Shown piece by piece: positions 52,677-64,000 of a stretch of 64,000 bases of DNA. The notes beneath the pieces were generated by a model. That model was not told the DNA's origin and did no database searches. It saw nothing but the letters and a program-made list of their open reading frames with translations. Both the position numbers and the translations under genes were made by a program. The number at the start of each line of letters is the position of its first letter. Position 1 is the stretch's first letter. Source of the DNA: Cirrosporium novae-zelandiae (Eukaryota); contig JAPETS010000005.1 in NCBI GenBank assembly GCA_026023565.1, forward strand, positions 372,001 through 436,000, in the 5' to 3' direction.

Positions 52677-54021
52677 ATGTTTGCCACACGTCAGGTCTTT
52701 GGTACTCTTCAGAGAAGAGCCTTCTCGGCTTCAGCAAGACAGGTACGTCACCTATTGATTGCTGTTCACTGCAAAGATTTTTTTTCATATCGAGTTGAAC
52801 ATGGGGAGCGCTAACCTTTGATCTCTTTGATATACTTAAATATAGGCCTCCAAGGTTACTGTTCTTGGTGCAGCTGGTGGTATCGGACAACCATTGTCGC
52901 TGTTGATGAAACTCAATCCCCGCGTGTCTCAGCTTGCTCTCTATGATATCCGCGGCGGCCCAGGTTTGCAACTAGCATTTATGGCATCAATTGAAGCAAA
53001 TGCATCTAACACTTTCCAGGTGTCGCCGCTGATATTAGCCACATCAACACCAAGAGTCAGGTAAAAGGATATGACCCTACTCCCTCTGGCCTCCGAGAGG
53101 CTTTAGAAGGAGCTGAGGTCGTTCTGATACCTGCCGGAGTACCCCGGAAGCCTGGAATGACCCGTGATGGTAAGAATGAGGCATTTTATTTCTATGGAAC
53201 AGTGAATTAATTTGGCTATTAGATTTGTTCAACACCAACGCCTCCATTGTCCGTGACTTGGCTAAGGCCGTTGCTGATGCTGCCCCGGATGCCAATCTTC
53301 TTATCATCTCGAACCCGGTATGCTAAATCGCCATCTGATTGCATTTCGGAATGCTTATTTGACTTTACTCAATGTAGGTTAACTCGACTGTCCCCATCTG
53401 CGCCGAAGTCTTCAAGTCAAAGGGTGTCTACAAACCCAACCGTCTTTTCGGTGTCACCACCCTCGATGTTGTCCGAGCTTCGCGCTTTATCTCCCAACTC
53501 AAGGACACTGACCCCGTTGATGAGAATGTGACTGTTGTTGGTGGACATTCTGGTGTCACAATTGTTCCATTGCTCTCCCAATCAAACCATCCAGACATCT
53601 CTGGCCAGGCCTATGACGACCTTATCAACAGAATTCAGTTTGGTGGTGACGAGGTCGTTAAGGCAAAGGCTGGTGCTGGTTCTGCTACCTTGTCCATGGC
53701 GATGGCTGGTGCTCGTTTTGCCGAGAGCTTGCTTAGGGCTGCCCAGGGGGCCAAGGGTGTTGTTGAGCCTACTTTCGTTGACAGCCCGTTGTACAAGGAC
53801 CAGGGCGTTGAATTCTTCGCTTCCAAGGTTGAACTCGGACCAAATGGCGTTGAGAAGATCCTTCCTCTCGGCAAGGTTAGCGCGACTGAGGAAAAGCTTC
53901 TTGAGAACTGCTTGAGTGACCTTAAGAAGAACATTGAAAAGGGTAAGTTAAAATGGTAACAATTTATTCAGAGTATGAGCTAACAGTCCAAGGTATCAAA
54001 TTCGTTAAGGAGAACCCATAG
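52677..54021 (+). CDS. MDH1: Mitochondrial malate dehydrogenase
   Basis: Presequence [45 protein letters not shown] and GSATLSMA motifs; five introns. Confidence 0.97.
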
Positions 54022-55587
54022 ATACTTTAATCAATAGCTGTTTGCCGGTCGGGAAGAATAGGATAGATGTATGAAAAAAAAATTTCAATTCGACGTACTA
54101 GACTTTCTTCAGGGAGGATTGGTATTGTCGATTTTTGTTTAGTCAAATAACATGTATAATTCATGCTGTTCAGAATATTTCCTTTGCTGGCTAATGATTT
54201 CTTTATTTTTGGATTTTTGATGGTATTCAAGATTTCGGTATGAATTGACACTGTAACGACAACGTTGATGCATTTCTAAGAAGTCCTCTAAGTTTCATCC
54301 TTGATGATGGATGTCGAGTTCATGCATATACGTCCTATGCATAGATAAACATCGCTGAATTTTGTTTGGCTTTCGTGCTGAGGTTATGAGTTGTCCACAT
54401 TGGAACATGACTACGATTAGTTCAATTTATAATGCAAGTTATGGATTCTGCTACCGTCCAACAAACAGGCTATACTTAATAGGCAAGACTAAAGCTATTA
54501 CACCTCGCTACAACACTTATTATTTATTACTCTGGGCTCTCATACGCCTTATATACTTGACGTTGATATACCTCCTATAGACAGAGTGCTCTTCAATTTC
54601 TTTCTTCCTTGCCTCCTTGCTTTCATTATCATCATAATACCTACTTCAAACATCTCGGCACCGTCCCCAATAACTACTATTGCTGCTGCTACTACTACTG
54701 CGGAATAGGTCGGGCGGGTATTTTTAATATCTAAGTATTTTTCAGTTAGTTGACCTCGAATTTCATTATCATTCTTTGGCTCAGTACTATGGGACGCTGG
54801 AATCGGAAAAGCCTATTTGGAACTAACGTAGGAGCTTTGAGGGGAAAAAATGTTTTTCTATTGCGAGGATGGAAAGTGCATCCTGAAAGACCAATAATTT
54901 TTGTTAATAATGAGAAGTGGTCTATCTATTCTAAAGTAGCGTAAGCCGTTATGACCTTCCCTTGGTTTCCATACTAGTTCTGAATCGTGGTGAGGAAACG
55001 AAATATTCCGGAGTGGCTCTAGAGTATAACCCTCCCCTCCCTACTCCAAAAACCCAAAAAGAGCTCCATCACGCGTTCCTAAAAACAGTTTTTGAGATGG
55101 TGTAGTAGAGCACGTTCTCATGCTCGATATAAGATGATAAAGGGTGCTGATTAAATAAAACAGGGGAATGATACAATAGAATAGAAGCAGTATTTGGTAG
55201 GAAATCTCCTCTGTCAATTTTCTAAGGAAAATTCTCTGTAGAATCCAAATGAGAGCATGGTGACTAGTCAAATACCTAGGTAGATATTCTCCGGCTCGCT
55301 TTATAAGAAAACATTTAAGGTTATCCTCGACTCTCCGATACGGGAGCCCCTCGCTTGGCACCTAGGTAGCGGCCTAATTGAATAGGTAAGTAGGGTTATC
55401 ACCCTACTCTGCTACAATAGCCTATCCCCTCTAGATCGACAAACCGTATTGGCAAAACGACTAAGCCGCATCACATCCGCCATCAACTTTCCCAGATCCC
55501 AATACAATCAATTGATCAATACAGTCTGCCCAAGCATAGGCGTTAAGAAATATTTTGGAAGAATATGACATGCATCCAGATGATTGG

Positions 55588-56362
55588 TTATCCCGCTCTG
55601 TCGAGCGTGGTGTCCAGGGGTGGAAATGTCTCGCTATCCATGCGGGGAGTTGTTGAGGGGGGCCGAGGAAGTTAATGCTCGCGGCGAGATTGCGTCTTCG
55701 GTTGGCTTGGTGGAATGGTGGTCCGTAGCGGACGAACGACCAGGATGAGAGTGAGTTCGAGCGAGAAGCTCATTGGAGAATTTAGGCTGTTTGGAGTGTG
55801 GCCCCCCTAACTGATCATCGATCGCTATGGTATCATCTTCTCGTTTGCGTTTTCTATCGGTAAGTAAGCTAAGGGTCTCTTCGTCGTCGTCCTCCTCCTC
55901 CTCGGCCTACATGTCATTAGTTATTTGTCAACCACACAGCATTAAAAGGTTTGAATTCATAATAAATTACCTGGAGCCTGAGCAATGCCCGGTTCTTCCC
56001 CATGATTTCAGCGTTCCTTTTAACCCTCTTAATTGATAATTAATGTTAGAATAGGTTTCCCTTTGAAGTGATGGATGGTCAAAGATAAGACCGAGTTGTA
56101 TTTACCCTGATATAGGTCTCGACCACCGTGCGCCGGATTCTGGCGATCTCATCTTTGGCATTGATGATCTGGTCCTTTGTATCGAGCATGCGATCTTGGG
56201 TGTTGATAATGCATTTTTCAGCCATCCGTACCTCATCACTTACCCAGATCACTTCATTTAATGCACCGGGAGTGATAACGTCGAGATCGCCCACACGGTA
56301 TTTCAGTTGACGAACTCTATCTCCATCTTCATGGAGCTTCCTTTCGGCCTCAACAATTTGAC
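55588..56362 (-). CDS. Possible lineage-specific coiled-coil gene or gene remnant (bounds approximate)
   Basis: Heptad-like segment (CIINTQDRMLDTKDQIINAKDEIARIRR) flanked by GT..CTAAC/CTAAT..AG intron-like segments; no family recognised. Confidence 0.35.
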
Positions 56363-57495
56363 CTAAATTATTTATCAGCCTGATAAATATGGGTTGGAGA
56401 GTCCTTACTAACCTTGAAGATCCGCAATCTTAACATGTTCCTATTTCCGAAGTAAGCTATCAATACCTACTAGCGTAACAAATGATTAAGTCTCCGACTT
56501 TGAATGATGAAAAATAGCCTCCCAACCCGCTCTTTAATAAAAGTAGTAGTTGGATCAACATAGATTGAATGTGGAGTGAACTTACTGTTTCCATACCTCG
56601 AATTGATGGGCGATAGAGAGCTTCCAAAAGCCTAGAGGTACCGAAGAGGTAATTAATACTATGATGACAGGGTATCTAGATGAGATCTAATACATATTTA
56701 AATGCATCCCGGTCGCTGGTATTCATCATTATTCACTCAGCTGATTGTTATTTCTCCACTAATATATCTGTTGATAACATTTTCCGAATTTTTAGGCGAC
56801 TGCAACTTAGCATTCACTTAGGGCAGGAAAGGCGTAATATTAGCTTTCATATATTCACTTAGGGGACTATTTCGGGCACTTTGATATTATCCTCCATTCG
56901 TATGATGGGTCTATTTGGTCTACATAAATACGAATTATAAGACGGGGGCATAGTTTTGTGGTGTTGAGTGTGGTATTGGGATTTGTGGGAAGTGTCGAAG
57001 CGCGGCATTTTATTTCATATAGATTAGTAATTATCTTATCTCTACGTAATATCACGTGGAGATAAGATAAAGTGTTGTAAATCTGGGTGTACTCAAGTAA
57101 AACTTTCCCCACTCTCCGCGCCAGCTACCTAGGTACATAATAGTCACATCATGTGACCAGACAGTCTATTCCCTTTCCTGCCCCGAGATGTTTCGAATCC
57201 ATAGTTAATGATGTCGACATCAAATATATTTTTATAGAAAGCTTGATTGTGTGAATTATCATATATACAATGATGACGGTAGGACTAAAAGGTCAGAGAA
57301 GATTCGGCCAAAGGGCATATCTATATAGAGAAGTTGTTGACGATTAAGGAGTATATTAAGGTTAAGAAATATATGAAAGGCACAACTGATTTATGTCGAT
57401 GAGTACCAGAGGGTTAGCGTATACGCTAAAGACTCGCCTATACCCGCTGAGTGACTTTTGGACAATATTTCACGCAACATCACAGTATCGTTCAT

Positions 57496-57550
57496 CATTG
57501 GCTCATTGGCTCATTGGCTCATCGGCTCATCGGCTCATCGGCTCATCAGC
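57496..57550. repeat. 8-bp tandem repeat (CATTGGCT)3(CATCGGCT)3
   Basis: Directly visible; about 7 units. Confidence 0.9.
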
Positions 57551-58490
57551 AGGTGTAGTTATATACAAGGCCCATAGCCCGTCTATATACTGCTTGACTT
57601 ATGCCCACCTTCGAGCTCCTTGGCACCTTGCTGAAAGGTTTGAATGGTGGCAGCCGACAACAGAGAAGACCTCCTGTCTCGAGTTCATTCCCCTCATATA
57701 ACATTTGTTAACAATAACAGATCACAGGCATACAGGTAAAATATCTTTTATAACCTGGTCTATATAATTGGTTACTTTGATATATCTTCCTATCTTTTTT
57801 GTTTTTTTTTGTTCATCTACCTTCTTAGTCCTGAGGTACTATAAGATGTGTGGTTGGGTGGCCTGCCTCGTATCTCCTCTTACCTTTTCCATTACTCTCT
57901 TTTGGGTTTGATGTGGTTTAGTTTAGCCATAACGGACTCTATTTCTATAAAAACCTGTTTTCCTGTATGTGTATATCTTCTTTTATAAAAATGGAATGGA
58001 TCATGGATGAGATAACGAGGAGTATGCTCTATGTTTTTATTTTGTTTTTTTTTAAATTGAAAGTGGACAACGGTTATGATAATTGAGAACACGGAAAAAG
58101 TAGATTGGATGATGAATATAGTGTTATACGGATTACATAGCTGTGTCGGATTCTCAGAAGAAGGGGCAGATACACAAAACCCGACAAGACGGTCCATCAC
58201 GTTATAAACACCCCAGATACGGATACAGAGAATGATTTCTTTTTTATACGTACGCATCCACTCGTTACCTCACGCACTCCTTCTATTCACCATACATGAA
58301 AGAAACGCCATCAACCCTTTAAAGGAAATAAAGTGAATATAAATAAAGTGATGACGGATCTTTCATTTTCTTTTCATTCAAGTCCTCGCACATATTTTCA
58401 TTCCCTTCACCACTCCAATTTCATTACCTCCTATCAACGGCCCAACCTTGCTTCCTAAAAAAACCAAATCAAATAAACACAAAATCCACC

Positions 58491-59156
58491 ATGGCCCAGA
58501 AATATTCTTCCGGGCGTATTTCTCCTTTAATTGTGCATTCTTCAGATATACGGAAGAATTTGGCGCCTAATAATAAGCTCAAGATAGCAACCACGACGGT
58601 GGTTGAGGAGGATGGAATGGTTAGACGGCAGCTGAGAGAGCTGAAGAATATGAGCGCGAGTTTTCTTCCTCGTTGGCTTTTGTGCTTGTGCTGGCGGGAT
58701 TTGGGTCCAAATATTCAAATGTCGATACCAAATAGCAAAAACGCTGACTAACGCGGTGACACCAGACCTATCTAAGCACCATGGAAGAACATGTAGCACA
58801 CGTCATACGATACAAAGAGCTTCTTCGGCAGTTTCTGGAGATAAATGTATGTCAACTCGCCCCCTTCCTATCTCCATCTCCACCAACATACAATAAAATA
58901 CAACCCCCCCCCCCCCAAACTAACAACTTCCCCACCCCCACAGAAAAACTCCAGCAGCAAAAAATGGAAACCCCAAAGCATAAGTGAAGAGATACAAGTA
59001 GCGTGGAGGGAACTAAGTCTGAGAAAGGCGAATGAAGAGGTAGCGATGAGGCATAAGAGATTAGGGAAGGAGGAAAGGGGACTAGGAGATCAAAATAGAG
59101 AGTTGAGGTATGGGATTCGGGGTCTGCATAAGTATATTGAAAAATTTGGTTGCTAG
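58491..59156 (+). CDS. Possible small orphan coiled-coil gene or remnant
   Basis: ATGs in CACC context (58491, 58781), a GTATGT..CTAAC..CAG intron (about 58847-58942) and a charged helical last exon; no family recognised. Confidence 0.35.
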
Positions 59157-60166
59157 ATTGGGGGAGTTGGTGTTGAAGGGGAGGGGGGATGATAGAGAGA
59201 TCGTTATTAAGGTGGTTGGGCGGGAGTGAGGAAGCGAAGAAGGTAATGTTTGGAGATCGTTCTGGTGTTGGGGGGGGGCCTGTTTAAGTGAATCGAGATG
59301 CCTCATTCTTGTGATACTGTACTGTACCTATGTTTACTATGCTTCTAATCCATAATACAAAAAATTGAAACTTCATACTTATAAAAAATTGGCCTTAGCA
59401 TACATATCTGGAGTAAGAGAATAAGTTTTGCACACAAGTTCAAAAACGTAGTATGGGTTTTGGAAGCCAGGGGCTAATTAATTAGTGCCAATCAGGACAA
59501 AGGCTCGAAGATAATTAGCTGCCCGCCCTAACAAATAATTTGGTTGTGAAAGTCAGTCTGGCGAAGCTCATATCTGAATTAAATTTATGGGGAGGCCTTT
59601 GGGCGTATGATGACGATGATGATCAGTCCAATCTGCTCTCGACTATCTTATACCTATCCATTGTGAGGACACTTGTACCGAATAACTCGGGGCAAAAATG
59701 AAAATAAAGAGAGTTGAATTACTTCTCCGAGATGAAGACTGAGGGCTTCATTAGAATATTTTAGAAATTGTCTGCAACGTTTCTATCTTCACAGCTCTCT
59801 TTTTTCATAACTAAGCCCCTTATCTTTCGTTATTTTGCGGAAGAAGATATGGATGGATATAATGATGGTTTGTAATAATAATACAAGGGCTGAAATCAAG
59901 TAAACTGTTTTGTTTTAAATTATATATAGTAGATAAACATACTAATTTGTTTTAATATGTTTACGGTTTACCCAACTTTATTTTCAATAGTAATTAAGTT
60001 AGGAGCCAAGTGGTATATACGATTGAACCGTAGCTTATCCTGATATGCTGTGACAGATTGCATTCGATTGGAATTGGGATAGGATATCCATCAAAGTCTC
60101 AAAGTCTGTGGGGTTAGAAGAGCCGCTGATTTGCGCTCCCCCACATATTTCCTTATACACGCACCC

Positions 60167-62523
60167 TCAGACCCGCAGCGTTGAATTTCCCTCGGTTCCA
60201 TTTCCGGATACTTCAAGCCTTAGCGCATCATATTGCACATACGCATACGAGGACGCATTCTGCGGTAAACTCAACACAATTTTATTCTCCCCTTCTTTGA
60301 ACAACGTCCCGTTCCATCGCCAATATGTCTTCAAGTTATACCCACTGACCCCGCTCCGCATCCCCAAACTGCTTGCATATCCCTGCCAAATGTACCAGTC
60401 GTAGGCCGGAGAGTCGTTGATATACGTCAGCAGATGAACGTCTGCAAGTGTCCAGTCTAGGCTAACGTTAGTAGTATTAAAGGAGAAAGGAGCTGAGCTT
60501 CCATGCGCGCCGGCAAGAGCGATCGTGAATGTGTACGTGGAGGTGCTAGAGGGAGCGGAGGAAAGGTTAAAGAGGATCGTGAAATTGTTGATATTAGTAT
60601 AGACGGTGTATTGGTGGTCATAGGTGGGGCCGAAGGTAGACCAGTGAATTGAGTTCCAGTCTGTGAGTTCATTGGAGGTTCCCGGGCGGAAGGTTACGCC
60701 GTTGGGGAAGTCTATATATAAAGGTTAGTTCTCGGAGTACATTGTGTAAAGGGAACGATGAGTGGGGATAGACCTGTTGGGAAGTCATAGGCTTGCCAAA
60801 CTTGTCTGTATTGCTCGAGATGAGATGTATGATTCGTATCAGTCTCGTAACCATGCTTAAACTCTCCCGATGTCCGATCAGGTATCCCAATTCTCCATAG
60901 TTCCTCTCCATGGCTGTCTTCCTTGTATTTCAACCCGTAAAGCTCTTTAGTCTGGTTCGCTAATATAGTGACGTTATCGAGATGAAAGTCCCCAAAATGC
61001 CCGAAGAATGTGATGGTTAGGCGATATGTTCCAGCAGCTACACGGTCGATTTCAAACTTTCCAGTATCCAAATCGACATCAACCCAATGTTGATGAGCAG
61101 ATTGATCGGCAACATTATCCGAATAGTCAACGCCGTTCTGCGCAAGAATGGCCTGACTCTTCACGGTCCCATTCGGGATATTCACTTGTCCTAGAACCTT
61201 GCTGCGTTGGCTGCTCCGAATATAAGTTGGAACATGCTTCTTTCCGATGTAGTCGTAGAAATCTGATTCCCATTCTTCGTTCGCTCGGGAATAAGCGTCG
61301 GCTTTAAGTTCAGCCAGGGTCTTATTTTTACCGCCATTGAAGTACAATGCTTGCGGTCCGAATGTTCTGTCGAAACCATCTGTGATATTGGAGTATCGGG
61401 CACCGTAATGGGACGTGCTCCATTTGTTATAAAGCTTTAATAGATTAGATATTTACTGTTAACCATTTGAAAAGGATATTTGAATTACCCAACCATCAAC
61501 TAGGAGGTCAAATCTATGAGGGCCACCATAGTAGGTATCTCTGGTATTCAGCTATTCACCGTCAAAGCAATTCCTGGATAAATAGGAGTCAGATTACTAG
61601 CCAGTTGCCATGCACCAATACTAGTGCCGTTATTTGCTGATGCCTCTTTATACAGCCCGTGAGCTTTGTGGGGATTATCAAAACTAGCAATATATTAGTA
61701 TTCCTGCTGATAAAAACTTTCTTCCTAGCTCCTCCTCACTTATCTGCAAAAATGTATTTCGAAAAGTAGCTTCCAACGGCTTTGGAATAATCTGATGTTG
61801 AATTGGGAAATATCCAGGCGTTATCCTGAACCTGGATTTCTGAAGCTAGATCACCGGCACTTGGAACAGGTGTATCGATGTGCCCGTTAACAGATAAATG
61901 TGTCCAGCCGACTTCTGTTCCGGATCTGAATAGATAACGATATTCTCCAAAGGTCGTCAGGTAAGGTACCGATGCATTATTGTAAGTCATTCTTGTCCAT
62001 GAATGCAGAGCAGGTTCCCCATCATCTCGTACGAACCACCAGTATTCAAATGTCTGGCCAGTGGGTAGCGTTTCATCCATTTTAATACCCACATAGTGAG
62101 TATTCGTGTCATCTAGGAGAACAAGTCAGTCTTGGATGAAGATTTCTGTATAGTCGCTTTAAAGGCTCACCGTAATCATCAATCAATGTGTAATCAGTGG
62201 TATTTGCATTTCCAACAGAGTGTTCTCCTGCGGACGTTTTGACATCGCTGCTGGTGCAGTAACAGATGAGATCTATGTCTCCGTTAGCTTTTACTAACAT
62301 AAGAAGAAGAAGAAGAATGCTCACATCCTCTCCCGGTAGATGATGACCTAGTTCCAAGTAAGTCTGTATCTTCATAGAATGCATCGTAGAGATCTCCATT
62401 CGTTTTCGAAACTTTGAACCGCAGTTTTTCTGTGGTGACGCTAATGTATGATTTCGTCTCATTGGCTTGGAGATACGCAGCAGCGAGCTGGAGCAGCGCA
62501 AAGAGCAATATCCAAACTGACAT
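60167..62523 (-). CDS. Secreted rhamnogalacturonan endolyase (polysaccharide lyase family 4)
   Basis: Signal peptide; EYRYLFR, YYGGP, GTYRLT, LWRIGIPDRTSGEF and YVQYDALRLE motifs; multiple introns (full frame integrity not verified). Confidence 0.88.
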
Positions 62524-63605
62524 GTTGCCAATATTATAACGCCGTAAAGCAATTATAGCCCTTTTTCAAGGAACTTGGAGTTGCTTCTACTTACAACAAT
62601 TAGGCGGACCATCTGTTTCTTATAAAGTGAGCGCTCATCTCTTATAAACAGACATGAGCAACATCGTCAGGTTAGCATTAAAGATCAGGTTCACAAAAGC
62701 CGAACCTCTAGCACGCAATTGCGACTTTATTTGACGAAGTAGAATAGAAATCGCGCAAAGAGCACATTAAGTGAATATGACCGTTGCTAGGAAGATGGGT
62801 AATTCTTAATATCTAATAATGGACAATAATTTCATTCTTATATCCGTCTGCTAGAAAAAAGGTAGCCGATCTTTGAGCTCGCCGTTGGGGATGCTCGAGC
62901 CGGTGGCGGTGATGATGCCCAAAAGCATCAGGAGCTGCGGGGTAGGATTAGTATCTTCATATATAAATATGAAAAGATGTAACACAATATGGCAACGATT
63001 GCTTGGGTGCTAGAAGTTATCTATCCGGTAGAAGGCAATTGATTTCTAAAATTCTCCCATTGGATAAAACGGCTCGCACGCCATTTACGGGGGTGGCACG
63101 TTCAACGGAAATACCAAAAATTTAGCTTCACTCCTCTTACAAGAGGTAGAATGCCATCTCGTTTTCTGCAGGTACCGAGGAGGGGGTTGATTTATGCCAA
63201 TGATGGTTGCTGTAGGGAAATAGGGGAATGGAGGAATGGGATGACAGTTGGGGTTCGGGCTATTGTTCACGCGAAACCTTGTCTGCTGCTTTTGTGCTAA
63301 TGAGAAATACCTCGAATATAAAAACAAGTTTTATCTTCTTGCTTCCGCCATAATTCACACCTCTAGATGGCCATTGAGGTAGAGAATTGCTTCGTCTTAT
63401 TTGGCTGTGAAACCCGTGAAGTGGTCGGCCTCGTTGGTAGTCTACGAATTAAGAAATGATGCCTAGAAGACCTGGAAGACTCTAGTGACTGCTTGACGAA
63501 GTAGCAGTCGTCGATAACTCTCGATGGGTTCTCCCAATAGTATTCCTGACGGATGTGATCAAACCCTTACTGAAGGGATACGACCAGGCTATCTAGAGCT
63601 TGATC

Positions 63606-64000
63606 TTAAGCAAAACTATCCCCTTCCTTCCTGATTATCTTATCCAACCTCCCCCAACGAGATTTTCTATCTTTCTCCTCCCTCATTTCTTTTTTCCTTT
63701 CCCAAACCGCTCTCACCGTGTCTCTAATCCTCTCCTCTCCTTCTTTGAAATTTGCCTTTGCAAGTCCCACCACCTTGTCGATTTCTTCTGGCGTGTATAT
63801 GAAATTCCAAGTAGACATGAAGTCTGAAGTTGCAGGATCGACACCAGGCACTTTATCGGGGTTCGGAATTAGAGGAAAGTAAATAACTGTAATGCCTGCA
63901 GAAGGATCTTTTAGTGGGGATGGGTTAGTAATCATTTTAGATGGAGGGGGTTCTCTGTCGACTATGGTTTCTTGCGAAGTCCCAACCCAGATATTACAAT
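63606..64000 (-). CDS. Cytosolic phospholipase A2 (PLA2c-type), C-terminal part
   Basis: GITVIYFPLIPN..VPGVDP..SDFMSTWNFIYTPEEI..LAKANF resembles fungal cPLA2 C-termini; gene continues beyond window. Confidence 0.8.
   Translation of the reverse strand, partial: CNIWVGTSQETIVDREPPPSKMITNPSPLKDPSAGITVIYFPLIPNPDKVPGVDPATSDFMSTWNFIYTPEEIDKVVGLAKANFKEGEERIRDTVRAVWERKKEMREEKDRKSRWGRLDKIIRKEGDSFA

Overview
Eukaryotic, intron-containing DNA from a filamentous ascomycete (Pezizomycotina); short GT-AG introns split most genes, so the ORF track fragments them. The window is mostly housekeeping genes: PLD (3' end), a DUF1989 protein, an MFS sugar porter, MCM3, PTC6-like PP2C, PIS1, LEU2, APC10, RBM39/Pad-1, SCS7, URA3, a divergent FET3/FTR1 iron-uptake pair, CAT2/AcuJ, BOS1, MDH1, a PL4 rhamnogalacturonan lyase and cPLA2 (3' end). 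There are two pseudogenes (a P450 and a DHA1 transporter) and an accessory-looking block at about 39-48 kb. Most notable observations: (1) a cryptic PTS1 (-KARL) directly behind the UGA-C stop of LEU2; (2) an intronless protein combining a HeLo-like domain, an Hsp104/ClpB M-domain-like helix pair and a ZZ finger; (3) a 148-bp hAT-like MITE that displaced a gene's stop codon; (4) a 57-aa Cys/His zinc-finger microprotein missed by the ORF track; (5) a sugar-porter intron that keeps frame only with a GT-GG boundary. All family calls come from motif recognition by eye; no searches were run, and exon boundaries and starts are manual predictions.
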